A stretch of 63,539 bases of DNA, filler included, from Thraustochytrium aureum (Eukaryota), in NCBI GenBank assembly GCA_012862495.1. It is 5 parts of 2 records of this genome, joined end to end, with 100 filler letters (N's around TTAATTAATTAA, not from the genome) between each part and the next. Parts side by side here need not be neighbours in the genome. Positions count along the whole stretch, not along the records: positions 22,394 to 51,060 come from BLSG01000378.1; 4 more parts are not named here. One strand, written 5' to 3'. The first letter of the stretch is position 1. Each line of letters starts with the position of its first letter. Positions 22,396 through 34,285 of this stretch are shown here, in pieces. Below the pieces are notes generated by a model. The model searched no databases. It saw nothing but the letters and a program-made list of their open reading frames with translations, and was not told the DNA's origin. A program made the translations under genes and the position numbers.

Positions 22396-25027
22396 CAGGC
22401 CCCGCAGCTCCTCGGGGCTGTCTGCAACGCGTTCGGGCTCGAGCACTCGCGGGTCACGGACGACGGAGAGATGTTTCCCATCTTTGCCAGCCTCACAGAG
22501 CACGCCAGCCTGTCCGCCAGCAAGTACACGTACCTGAGCCGCTCCGCGCCAAGCGCGGCCGAGCCGCGCCCTTGGCTCGAGATCACCAGCGCCATGGAGG
22601 CGCTCGGGCTCTCCAAGGAGGATCGCGCCGACCTGGAGGCCATGCTCCTCGGAGTACTCGAGACGGGCAACATCCAGTTTGCGCAGGTCGAGGAGGGCGA
22701 GGACGAGGACGAGGCGCGGGCCCGGCAGGCCAAGCTCGAAAAGCAGCTCGGCGACGGCGCCAAGCCCGTGCTCGGTGTCACGCTCGGCGAGCTCCGGGAT
22801 GCGCTCAAGATCAAGACGTGCACGTCAAGCACGAGACTTTTCAGAAGGAGCGGAGCACGAAAGAAAAGTACGCCGTGCGCGACGGCCTCGCTCGCGTGCT
22901 TTACTCGGCGCTCTTCGACTGGATCATCGACACGGTCAACCTCCAGGTCTCGCGCATCGATGACGTGGTCCAGAGCGCGATGGAGCAGGACGCCAACGAC
23001 GACGACGCTGAATCTGTGGCCAGCTCGCTGCCCCCGGCGATCACGCCTCGAGCTCGGTGTCAGGCAAGACGTCTGGGCTCTTCTCGAGCTCGATCACCCT
23101 CAAGCGGTCCAAGGGCAAAGCGGGCGGCGGCAGCGCGCTCCCCAAGACGCTGCAGCGCACCACGACCAAGGGAACGATTGGCATCATCGGCGTCCTGGAG
23201 AACGCCGCGCTCGTGCGGAAGGAGAGCACCCTCGAGGACCTCTACCAGAACTACCGGCTTGAGCGCTTCCACGAGTTCTTCCTTCACGACGTTGTCGAGC
23301 GCAACACGCGGCACCTCGTGGAGCGCGCCAAGATGAAAACCGCGATCGTTTACCCGCCCAGCGGCAACGACGAGGTGCTGCGCCTGTTTATGGGCTCTGT
23401 GCACCACACCGTCGGCAAGCTCCTGCAGGCCGCTGCGCAGAGCGCGCAGGCCACAACCGGAGCGGCCTCGGCCCTGGCCCGTCCGCGCGGCCTCGTCGCG
23501 CAACGGTACCAGCCGAACAAGAGGTTGACCAGCCCGAGCCGGCCTGGGGCGCCCAGCCGCACAGCGTCGCCTGGCTCTGGACTCGGCGTCCTGCAGCTCA
23601 TCGAGGAGGAGATCAACTTGCCAGGGGGCAACGACAAGGGCTTGGCGCGGCGCGTCATCAAAAAGGCCAAGAACAACGCCTCGCTGACGCGCGCGACCAC
23701 GTCGGACTTTACCATCGCGCACTTTGGCGGGCCCGTGTCCTACTCGCTCGAGGGCTTGGTGGACCGCAGCAGGTCCAGCCTCATCCCGGTGCAGGTTCTG
23801 CACCTCCTTCGCGACAGGTCTTCCAACTCGCTTGTCCGGCGCGTGGTCACCTTCAAGCGAGACCCGATCGGGCAGTCGGGCGTCATGGCGAAGCGCGAGC
23901 TTGCCTCGATGCTCGAGCTGGACAACAAGGCGATGGAGGCCGCGGCGTCCTCCACGGCGGCGCTCAACGACCCCGCCGAGGGCACCAACGGGGAGCGGCG
24001 AGGCAACTCGGAGACGGCCAAGCGCATCTTCAACGAGATGAACCGCGCCGTCACCATCCTGGGGCGCACCAACGTCCAGTACATTGTCTCGCTGGCCTCC
24101 AACCCGGCCGGCGACCCCACTCGCCGGCTTGACCCCAACTATCTGCTGGACCAGATCCGCGAAGTGGGCCTCTCTGACGCGGTGTGCCGCGGCCTGTACG
24201 GCGCGCTTCGCGGGGAGGGCACGGCTGCGGACGTCTTTGTTAAGCGCTTCTCGCCGCTCGACGCCGAGTTTGTCCGCAAGCGGCGAAACGCTGCGAAGGC
24301 GGACAAGCTCTGCTCCAAGCTGGCAGGCGTCAATCTCATCACTGGGCAGTGGGCCCTGAGCGACGACAAGCGGACCGTCTTCATCAACGTGCGGTCTCAC
24401 TACAGCCTGGAGACCGCGCTGCGCTTGGTGCGCGACCAGGCCGTCCTCGTCTTCCAAAAGTACTCGCGCCGCTCTCTTGCGTATCGCGAGTTTCGCCGCC
24501 GCATGCACCACAAGATCAAGAAGGAGCTGCGCGCCGCCATTGAAGACAGCGACCGCGCCTCCATCGAGCACTGGATCAAGGAGGCCATCAAGTGGAAGCT
24601 CGGCAACAGCCTCATCTCGGTGGCCCAAAAGCGCCTCGAGAAGATGGACCAGGAGATGAAGATTATCGACGAGCTCGAGGCGGCGTGCGTGTCGCGAAAC
24701 TGCCCCACGCTGTACCGCCTCCTTCGCAAAGCAGAGGAGAGCGGCATGACGGGCAAGGACTACCCGACGGTCGCCAAGGCGATGGGAATCCTCAAGTCCA
24801 TCGAGGTCGCGCAGATCTCCAAAGAGGACAAGGCGGAGCTGGAGCGCAAGTTTGCGGCGGTCGCCGGCGAGCTGCAGCGCCGCTCCGAGTCGCTCCTGGG
24901 CTCCGAGTGGGAGACCGACACGAGCTCCGAGTATGACGAGGACGAGGACCTGGAGGACGACGAGAGCGACCGGGAGAAGAACGAGGCCTCCGAGGCCGAC
25001 TTTGACGATTACGAATACGACAACTAG
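22396..25027 (+). CDS. Highly divergent myosin motor-domain protein; 5'-truncated, two frameshifts (~22820, ~23057)
   Basis: Colinear myosin motifs: LEHSRV, LETGNIQF, RDGLARVLYSALFDWII, GVLQLIEEE..LP, FTIAHFGGPVSY, LLDQIREVGL, IQ-like FQKYSRRSLAYREF; acidic tail. Confidence 0.85.
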
Positions 25028-25415
25028 ATTTGCATAGCAGACGGGCGGGCGGGCTGGCTGGCTGGCGGGCGGGCGTTTGGTTGGGGGCGCCTCATACCAT
25101 TCCGTTCCGAGGGCTGCAACGCACTCGAGTACTTCGTGAGTACGGAAGGCCTAATACCTACTTGCACCAAATTTTCAGTGAACACTGCAATCTCAATTCT
25201 CTCCTTTCCAGGATCGGAGCTCGCGTCCCAGCCTGTAGTGCGGTGTGTGTCCACGGCGTGTCCCGCAGGTTTGGCGCAAAACATGGAACAGGCCCATCGG
25301 AAGGGCGAGCGCGGCCTCGGCCGTTGGGCGACCAGGCAGGCCTCCCCTTTGCAGAACCAACCCCAAACGCACAAAACCAGGCTTGCGCCCTCGAGTCTGC
25401 TGGCTCCATCAGCTT

Positions 25416-25538
25416 TTAAAAGTCTGCGTCAGCGGCGTCGAAGACACTGCTGTCAAAGTCCTCAAACCCGACCTGAATCTGGCCATGGTCTATTTTACAC
25501 GGGTAAACGGCCTGCTTGTACTCCTCCTTGTGACACAG
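25416..25538 (-). CDS. 3' fragment of a possible Rieske-type ferredoxin domain protein; the rest is in the gap
   Basis: KQAVYPCKIDHGQIQVGF resembles the terminal strands of Rieske domains; the cluster ligands are not visible. Confidence 0.4.
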   Translation of the reverse strand: MCHKEEYKQAVYPCKIDHGQIQVGFEDFDSSVFDAADADF

Positions 25539-27003
25539 GCNNNNNNNNNNNNNNNNNNNNNNNNNNNNNNNNNNNNNNNNNNNNNNNNNNNNNNNNNNNN
25601 NNNNNNNNNNNNNNNNNNNNNNNNNNNNNNNNNNNNNNNNNNNNNNNNNNNNNNNNNNNNNNNNNNNNNNNNNNNNNNNNNNNNNNNNNNNNNNNNNNNN
25701 NNNNNNNNNNNNNNNNNNNNNNNNNNNNNNNNNNNNNNNNNNNNNNNNNNNNNNNNNNNNNNNNNNNNNNNNNNNNNNNNNNNNNNNNNNNNNNNNNNNN
25801 NNNNNNNNNNNNNNNNNNNNNNNNNNNNNNNNNNNNNNNNNNNNNNNNNNNNNNNNNNNNNNNNNNNNNNNNNNNNNNNNNNNNNNNNNNNNNNNNNNNN
25901 NNNNNNNNNNNNNNNNNNNNNNNNNNNNNNNNNNNNNNNNNNNNNNNNNNNNNNNNNNNNNNNNNNNNNNNNNNNNNNNNNNNNNNNNNNNNNNNNNNNN
26001 NNNNNNNNNNNNNNNNNNNNNNNNNNNNNNNNNNNNNNNNNNNNNNNNNNNNNNNNNNNNNNNNNNNNNNNNNNNNNNNNNNNNNNNNNNNNNNNNNNNN
26101 NNNNNNNNNNNNNNNNNNNNNNNNNNNNNNNNNNNNNNNNNNNNNNNNNNNNNNNNNNNNNNNNNNNNNNNNNNNNNNNNNNNNNNNNNNNNNNNNNNNN
26201 NNNNNNNNNNNNNNNNNNNNNNNNNNNNNNNNNNNNNNNNNNNNNNNNNNNNNNNNNNNNNNNNNNCTTGGCCGGCCTCCAGCGCGGAAAACGTCCACGC
26301 GCGAGCCACCTCGAGCAGTCCTCCTGCTCGTCCGTCCTCGATCACTCGGGCTTCGAGCAAGCCAGGCCGCCAGCCGGCCTCGAGGCGCGGAGCACCACCA
26401 CTCGAGCGCTCGGCAAACGCTGGAATGCCCTCGACAGCGGGCGGGTGAGCGCCCAGGAGCTCGCCGCGGCCCGACAGGCGCCGAGCTCGAACAGAGGTCA
26501 TGCTGGACGTCCTCCTTTTGGTTGGGTGGGTGGCCGGCCGGCGAGCGAACCTGTCGCGACAGCAAGGCTGACGCGAGGGAGCTTCGTTTTTTTGTCACAC
26601 AGCCATCCAACCGCCTTGGTGAGCGAGGTACGCGAGCCGCACAAGGCTGCACTCGTCGCCGCTCTCGTGCTGCGAGTGGACGTCAGCCGGACCAGGCAAC
26701 GAGCGACTTCGTTACGACTGTCTTCAACTGGTGCAAGCTGCAAACCAATCCCGTTGGCGAGCGAGACGTGCGAGGACTACAATGGAAGATCTGTTGCGCG
26801 CAGAGATGTCCGTCTCTGGCTCTCCAATTAGGCTTTCCCAAGGCCTCGGCCCGTGCAATCGCAGTCGACGTCGAGTCGATCTAGCTAGAGGGACTTTTCC
26901 GCAGTACAGCATGGATCCCCATCAAGGACTGCAGATCTGAATTCTGAGGCTCACCCGAACAGCACGCAACCGACTCCTTTGTACCGGCTCATACGGGGGG
27001 AGC

Positions 27004-30000
27004 TCACAGGTGGACTTCCGGGTCTTCTTCGTGCGTGACGATGTGAAAGCCGTCCACCTTCGCGCCAGCAGGGGTATCCTGCGAGTCAGCTTCAGCAGCA
27101 CGAGCAGCCTTGCGCCGACGAACTACGACAGCCAGAGCGGCAATCGTTGCGACAAGACCGGCGGAAATGCCCAATACAAGCGGAAGCGCCGTCGATGGTT
27201 CTTGCTCGTCGACGCTCTCGCCAGTTTGGTCAGTAGGTGTCTGGATGAACGAGGATGTAATGACGGTGGCGGGGAGCGCGCGGGCGCGCTCCTGCGCGAC
27301 CATGGACGCAGCGCGACCCACCTCCGTCGCGCTCCACGCTGGAAGACCAGCCAGATCTCCCGAAGGGTACTCGGGCAAGACGGGAAGCGTAAAGGCCTTC
27401 TCTGTGCCCAGCAGCATCCGTCGCGTCGAGTTGCTGCCTTTGTTGGAAAGGACTGCGTCGGCGAGGTTACCGTGCAGATCGCGAACCCCGTCCAGCTGCA
27501 TGAAGATTGTCCTGTTGCTCCAGGCCGCCGCAGAACCGGCGTCAGCAAACGTCAGGATCACCGCGAGTTGCTGCAGATGTGCCGAACAGGAGATTCCCGC
27601 AATCGCCGCCATGCTGCCGTCAGAACTCTCCACAGTGGCCTTGAGCCCGTCGTGCGCGCAGTCCACGGGCTCGTCGAATCGGAGCTGCGCCACCGGCAGA
27701 CCTCTTATCGGCGAGCGAACGTCAAAGGTAGGCGACCACACCAAGATGCTGGGCCCTTTTGTGTCCTTGGTACCAAGGCGATGGGCCGACCGGGACTCGC
27801 CGACTTGACGACGCAGTCCCGCGTCGCTTTTCGTGCAGGACGCGCGCAACTCGAGCAAGTAGCGACCACCTTCCTTGAGGTTGTCGTCGCCGTCAACGCT
27901 GACTGTCGTGGACGTCTTTCCAGGCGCAAATTGCGCGAGCGGGGCCCACTCATCCACCCCAATCTCTGTGATATACCGCCTGTACCAAACGCTCACGGTT
28001 GACTGGACCGCCGTGTCTGAAGGAGCAGCTTGGCCATAGCCCAGCACCATGTCCGGAGACTCACTCGAGAGAACCCAGGTCGACCCCGGCTCCTTGAGCG
28101 AACCGCTCCACGACACGGGCGGGCAGTCAGACTCCCACGAGAGCTCAAAGGGCAACGTCGCAGAGACGCCGCTGTCACATGCAGACTCCACCTGGATGGA
28201 TACCGTGGAGGACCGCACTCGCGAGTCCAACCGCGAGTAAAAGACCGTGACCAGCTGCCTCACGCGTCCAGTGATGCTTACGGCCACGGGTTGGTTGAGA
28301 CTCGAGGCGCCGATTCGATAGGCAATGCGCCCGGTGACACTCTCCGAGTCCACCGAAATCAGGAGGTCAAGCGTGTCTGTTGCGACCGGGATGGATGTCG
28401 TGTCGATGTAAAAGGAAAAGCTCCCGTCGTCCTCTGTGAGCACCTGAGGCGGCCGCTCGACGTAGAGCAGGGAAATAACTTCTCGGGGGTCTGTTCCGGG
28501 CACGTGTGGGCACCGGGTGGCGCCTCCGCACACTTCAAACACGTATGTTTGCGAATGCGGGGACTCGTAGACCTCCACACACAAGTTGTCACCAGCATCA
28601 GCATCGCTCAGGTGGGCTGTCAGGGTGAGGCTGCTCTGGGTGTCTTTGTCGACGAAACGCTCAGAAGTCACTGTCTGGACGACGCTCATGCTCGAAGACA
28701 CGGCCCCACCACCAAATACTGAGCCGAAGCCCAGCATCAACTCAGCTTCTGCGTCAAACGAAATCCCGACTTCACCAATAAGCGAGTAGAATGCCAGAGT
28801 CTCGGACTTGGTGTCGTCCTTGGACTCGGAAATGTCGATTTCACTGGCCCCAAAAGTGATCCGGTTGGTAATCTGCCCGTCCTGGCGCGTCCCGGTGACG
28901 AGACCAGATAAATCAACCGGTTTCTTGCGCGCGTTGGCGCGATCGGCGTCCCAGTGCGCTAGCAGATTGATCCACCTCGACTTCTCCAGCTCGGCGCGCT
29001 TCACGAGATCAGCAGCCTTTGGGTCGCCGCTGCTGACTTCAATGGTCCGCTGGACCAGGTCGAGAGAAGCCTCGCAGTCTGTCCTCGAGAAAAAGACAAA
29101 GGACGACGCAGCGTTGCCCCAAGTGATGCTCGGCGTTGTCTTGATGGCGCAAGTGGCCTCTTCGTAAGTCACGAACGTCGTCTCGGTCAAGTTGGCGACG
29201 CTGCCCATGTAGAAAACCATGTCAGCGTCGTCACCAGTCTGGTCGCTAGGCGTGCTGAGCTGAATCGAGCGCGATTCTGTTGTGATGGTCACCGAGGCGT
29301 CTAGAGCGTCCAGTTCGGTCACCACCGTGCCGGAGCCAAACGCTACTGAAGTTGAACCCTTCGCGAACAAGGTGTCCAACTCCGCCTTTATCCCAACGCT
29401 TACGTGAGCCCCGACCTCATTCTCCGTCTGAAGTCGCGACGTCGTCGTAGTTGCAATCGAGCCCTCCATCGTGACAGTCGCGAAAGATGACGATGGGGGC
29501 GCATACAGGTACTTGATCGGCACAGCGGCGCGGTCGGTGAAGGCTATGAGCGAATTCTCGCGTATGACCTTGGCCCCCAGCACGAGAAACTTGACGGTAG
29601 CGTCGAGGCCGGCAGATGAAGTGGGCCAAACACTCGTGTTGTTAAGAACCAGGAAGACGGGCCGAACAAAGTCTTCCACCGTCGCGCCGCTGGCTTGTGG
29701 TTGGCCAACCAAAGCGAATCCGCGCGCGGCTGATTGTGGGATGCCTCCGCTGCTCTCTACCGCAAACTCCAAAGTGCACGGGGAGCCCTGGCCGCACTTG
29801 ACGTTTAGCGACGGCGCGAGGCTGCTCACCACCTGCACGCTCGTCCCTGCCGGAAGCTCCTCGCAAGTCCTGCTCTTGTAAACCTGCTCTGCCGTGATCA
29901 GCAGACCCGCCATGCGCCCGCCCTCGACGACAAAGTCAAAGGGCTTGCCCGAGGCGCATGGGGTCGCTCCAGGGTATGCAATGCCCTCGTCAAAGGTGAA

Positions 30001-32768
30001 CGGCGGCGCGCCACCCGAAACGACAGAGGTCTTGAGAGCGGGGACTGGATGGTGGACCATTGTTCGGGTTGCGCTTGTGGTGCGGAGATCAAGAGCGCGC
30101 GAGCTTTTGTCGGCGACGGGAAACTGGTACTCGAAGCTCTCTTGCGCACCTTCGTCGGCGAAATCGAGTGCGAAAAGGAACTCGGACGCCGGCAGAGCCC
30201 ACTCCGTAGAAATGGCGCTTGTTGTGCGCTGAAGGACGATATTCGGGCACCTCTCCACGGTAAACGTTGCGGTCACCTCGCCCAACCCATACCCGCAAGC
30301 TGTGGCGGCAACGAACAGGGACATGTCTCGCATCTGAACGTCGGCGACTGACACACCCGAAATGGGCGCTGTAACCTCCATCCCAGTATCGCTTAACAGG
30401 CGTGCCGTTTGCACAGACGCGCCAGCGGCTGGCGCAAACGTGTGGTTAAAGTAAGAAAACTGGAGCCTCGTTCGCGAGTTGAACGGCACGGCCAGCACGA
30501 AGGCACCGTTTCCGTCCGTGGACGCGTGGGAAATGATGGCGCCCGAGCTAGCCTCCACAGCTTGTACTAGGACTCCCGCAAGCGGGCACGATCCGCCCAC
30601 TTCCTGGTACGGCACTGCGACGACGCCCTCAAGGTAATTCGCAGAAATGTCGACGAGGTGAAACTCCCTGCCATACTCAAGATGCTCGAGCGGCAGCGTT
30701 TGGGGAAGCCTGAGGGCACTCTGAGCGGTGCAAGTGGATCCGCTAGGGCACAGCCTGATGTCGCGCGCTTCTCCGTTGGTCAGCTTGACGGCCCGACTGA
30801 TCGTGATCTTGGCTCGGTGGATCAACGGCGCTGTGTTGGCGACAAGGATGTTCTGTAGGGCGCGTCCAACTGAGTTCGTCGTGGCAGTGCGAACAACACT
30901 CTTTGTCTCGACTTCGACAGAGTACTCGACGTCGACTTGCTCGATGGCCGCGACCCCACTGAGGTCAAACACCGTGAAGACCACCACGGCGTTGAACAAA
31001 ACCTTCCGCTTTTCGCAATGGCGAGGTGCGGGCTTTGGAACCGAGCCGCCGCTCACATCGTCTCCCCATTCAGGAGGCCGAAAGTTGGCCCTGCCGTTCG
31101 TCTCCCATCGACCTGTGATGCAAATGTCGTACTCGGCCCCAACTGGGGCTTTGTCCCCGTTGCCGAGATCCATTGGGAAGCTGCTGAGCCTGCTGGCGGA
31201 ATCTTGGCAATTGCGAACATTTGGACTGGGTTGCGTTGGATCTCCTTCCCAAGTTGGAACTCGTAGACTTCAATCTGGTCCCGTGACACGACCGATCGAA
31301 ATCGGACCATAAAGGACACCGTATTGCTGGGAGTGATCTCCTGCAACACTTCAAAGTTATCCGGAAGGTACTGTTCAAAACCAAACGTGTCCGGTCCCTC
31401 GTATGCGAGCGTCAGAAGATTGCCAAGATTCGAGTCCCTGCAGACTTGATGTTCACAGGCCCTACCAGCGTGGTTCTCGTCGCACGCATCGCAGTACCCA
31501 TCGCCGTCCCTGCCAAAGCATTCTCCAAAGCTGCAGACGCCGTTTTTAACCACGCACTTGACCGTTTCTTCGCAGTGTTTTGAGAAGCGCTCTATGGTAC
31601 ATTCTTTCTCAGGAACGGTAGACGAGCCTGCTGGGCAGTACTGGGAATCCGAGCACGGGATTGGAGAACTCAGGCCTGTGGCGCTGCAATGATGCCGACT
31701 CGGGCACTCGGTCTTGACGCCCTTGAAGCAATAGCTTCCCTTGGGGCAGATGACGCACTTGTCGGCGCTGGAGGTGCTCCCGATGTAGAACCCAGGGGCA
31801 CAAGTATGGCAATCCCGTGCGCCCGAGATCAGCCCCTCTTGCCCATAGTAGACCGTGCCGATCGAGGAAGCGTACTTGACGTAGCACACCTTGCTTACCA
31901 TGGACCAAGTCCACAACCTGCATTCGCTTCGGGCCTGGCAGGCTCGACGGCACTCGTGCATGTCGGTGACCACTTGCGTGGCAAAGTGGTTGTTCAGATT
32001 GACGCGCTCTAGCGCACAGCCGTCAGCCTGCAGCATGTCCATGTAAAGAGTCGAGAAGTCGCTGCTTTGGCAATACAGGTTTCCGGTGACCGCAAGTCCA
32101 GAAGACAAATCTCCTTGAAAGTTTTGGTTGAAGGACCTGTGAGTCCACATTTTGCACATCCCGTTTGAAGCATCAAACTCCCACGATTGACAGGGCCGGC
32201 CCTGGTTGTTCAGAGCGTTCCCCTGTGCCCTCCGACACATGAGTGGACCCGTCTCCATCAAGATGTCCATTGTTGCGGTTTTGTCGTTCTGGCTTCCCAC
32301 GAGATTCTGTTCCTTCGTTCCGGGGTTGAATCCGATCGTTAGAAAGAGCCCTGACCACCTATCGCTGAAGAACTTGGCTTGATAGCAAGGATCGACACGG
32401 GTCCAGCTTAACTGGTTCCCAGGAAAGGTGGATTCCATTCCCCAGTTGCCCGGCCCACTTTGGCGCCCTTGGTTGCGGAACTGTCTCGTCCAGCCAACGC
32501 CATTGTCGTGCTCCGAGATGCGCACGCCACGCTCTGCCGAATTCACCCAATGCTGCATGCACCTTTCAAAGCACGCGCTGGGGTCTGCCGCAGAAGAATC
32601 TGAGATCCGGCTGCCGTAGTGGTCCGTCTTGCCGAGCATCGTGCACCCCGGCGACGAGGCGAGACGCTCGCTCCCGTTAGGCACTTGCATCGTCAACCCG
32701 AGTCCATGCGCGAGAAGGCTCGCCAGCACCACGACCAACAAGCCCAAAGCTTGCACCATCTCGCCCAT
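27004..32768 (-). CDS. Giant type I membrane/surface protein (~1900 aa): PAN/apple, crystallin-like, Cys-rich, EGF-like and Ig-like regions; frameshift(s) ~31170-31300
   Basis: Signal peptide MVQALGLLVVVLASLLAHGLG; CRRACQARSECRLWTW...CYVK; CAPGFY..CVICPKGSYC; C-terminal TM LVLGISAGLVATIAALAVVV followed by RRRK. Confidence 0.8.
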
Positions 32769-33140
32769 CTCGAATCCCGCTTCCGCTCTCCACTGAAAGT
32801 GTCTCAGGCCTCCGATTTCGATTCGTTGCGGCACTGCCGCGCCTTCGTGGCCAGCTGAGCAGCAGGTATGCGCAGGCCAGCCACAGGAGCCGGAGTCTGA
32901 GCATGAAGTTTGCAGGCTGCTGCATTTCCTTGCCGTTGCTCGACAAACGTCGAAAGCCAGCATGCACACCCGCTCGTCCGTCACGCCGTAGAAGAGAGAG
33001 CATGGGAGAGTACTTCCTCTACGTAGAGTACCTTAGTGTACACCGTCTGGTTTCCAGAGCCTCAACGAAAATATGACATGCGCGCACGCACGTGGCAAGA
33101 CTTACTCGCCAGCTGTCAGAAGGCCTTGATAGCTACTCTT

Positions 33141-33297
33141 GAAAGAGTTGAAAAAAGTTGAAAAAGTTGGCGTCGAAGAACACGGGGAAAGGAAGGGCCA
33201 ACGGGGACTGTCGAAGAACGCGGGGCGTCGAAGAATGCAGGACGTCGAAGAACGCGGGAAAGGAAGCGGCGACGGACTGGCATCGCGAGTTGAAGAA
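33141..33297. repeat. Degenerate GTCGAAGAA/GTTGAA repeat cluster
   Basis: GTCGAAGAA at 33172, 33210, 33227 and 33244, plus GTTGAA variants. Confidence 0.7.
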
Positions 33298-34285
33298 ACT
33301 GGCTCGCGGGTCTCACTCAGCCTGGCACAAAAGTTGATCTGGCACAGCGCGGGGTGGATCCAGCAGAGGCCTTCAGGAGCCGCCGCACCCAACGAAAGTC
33401 TCCCAGACATCTGTCAACCACATGGATTATCAATACTGGTACCTTCTACGAAGTAGTACTCGGACAAGAAAGGAAGGTACTCTATTACGCAGCGCGTTGA
33501 CTTCCGAGTCGATGACTGACTGGCAGATCCAGGTTTCTCAGCAGCGCTGTTTATTTCGCTTTTCTATCGGAGGCCGCGCCGCCTGTCATCGTTCACCGAC
33601 CCAAGACACCCAACCCACTTGGTGCTCGTATTCAAGACTCGTTGTCCTCGGCTCTCAAAAAAGTCAGAGGACGGCCAAAATGGCTGCCAGATCTGCCCGT
33701 CCCTTCAGGGTCTTCGTGATCGCGTCGTGACAACCTCGGGTTACTCTCCAGGTGCACGGAGGCAACTCTCTTTGCAGCTGCTCCACCAACAAGTTGCACG
33801 GTCCTCTACATCTTCCGTCAGGCTTTTGGTTGTCAGTCTGGTTCCTATGGGACTGGTCTGGGGGCTCTTCAGCACAGAGATGTCCCATCACGGGCTGGCG
33901 TAGCCCGTAGTTTTCACTCCGCCTGCCTACCGTTCTACTTGAGCCTCAGAAAGCTTGGAATACTTCGAAGTTCGGACGAACCCAGCATCACGACGCGCAC
34001 GCGCAAGCTGCCCCCGACAGGCCGAGGAGGAATCGATCTCGTCCCTGCCGTTTTCGACTGCGCTTCTTCGCCGTCCGTCTTCGTTGTGCTTTTTTTTAAA
34101 GAATTACCTTGTCGTCGAGTAGGTATCACGACGCGGTTGACGAGCACCTTCGAGCTTGCTTCCGGAGTCGCGGACGTGACCGCGCAACAAGCCGACCGCG
34201 TGGCGGCAGGCTCCGACAAGGGAAGGACACGACGGATACTCTGCGTACTCGCTCGGTGAGAGCGCGCTGGGCCTGCTTGGAGCTC

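Noticed and set aside
33141..33297. CRISPR-like array
   Set aside because: Repeats are only ~9-24 nt with irregular short spacers, there are no cas genes, and the context is eukaryotic.
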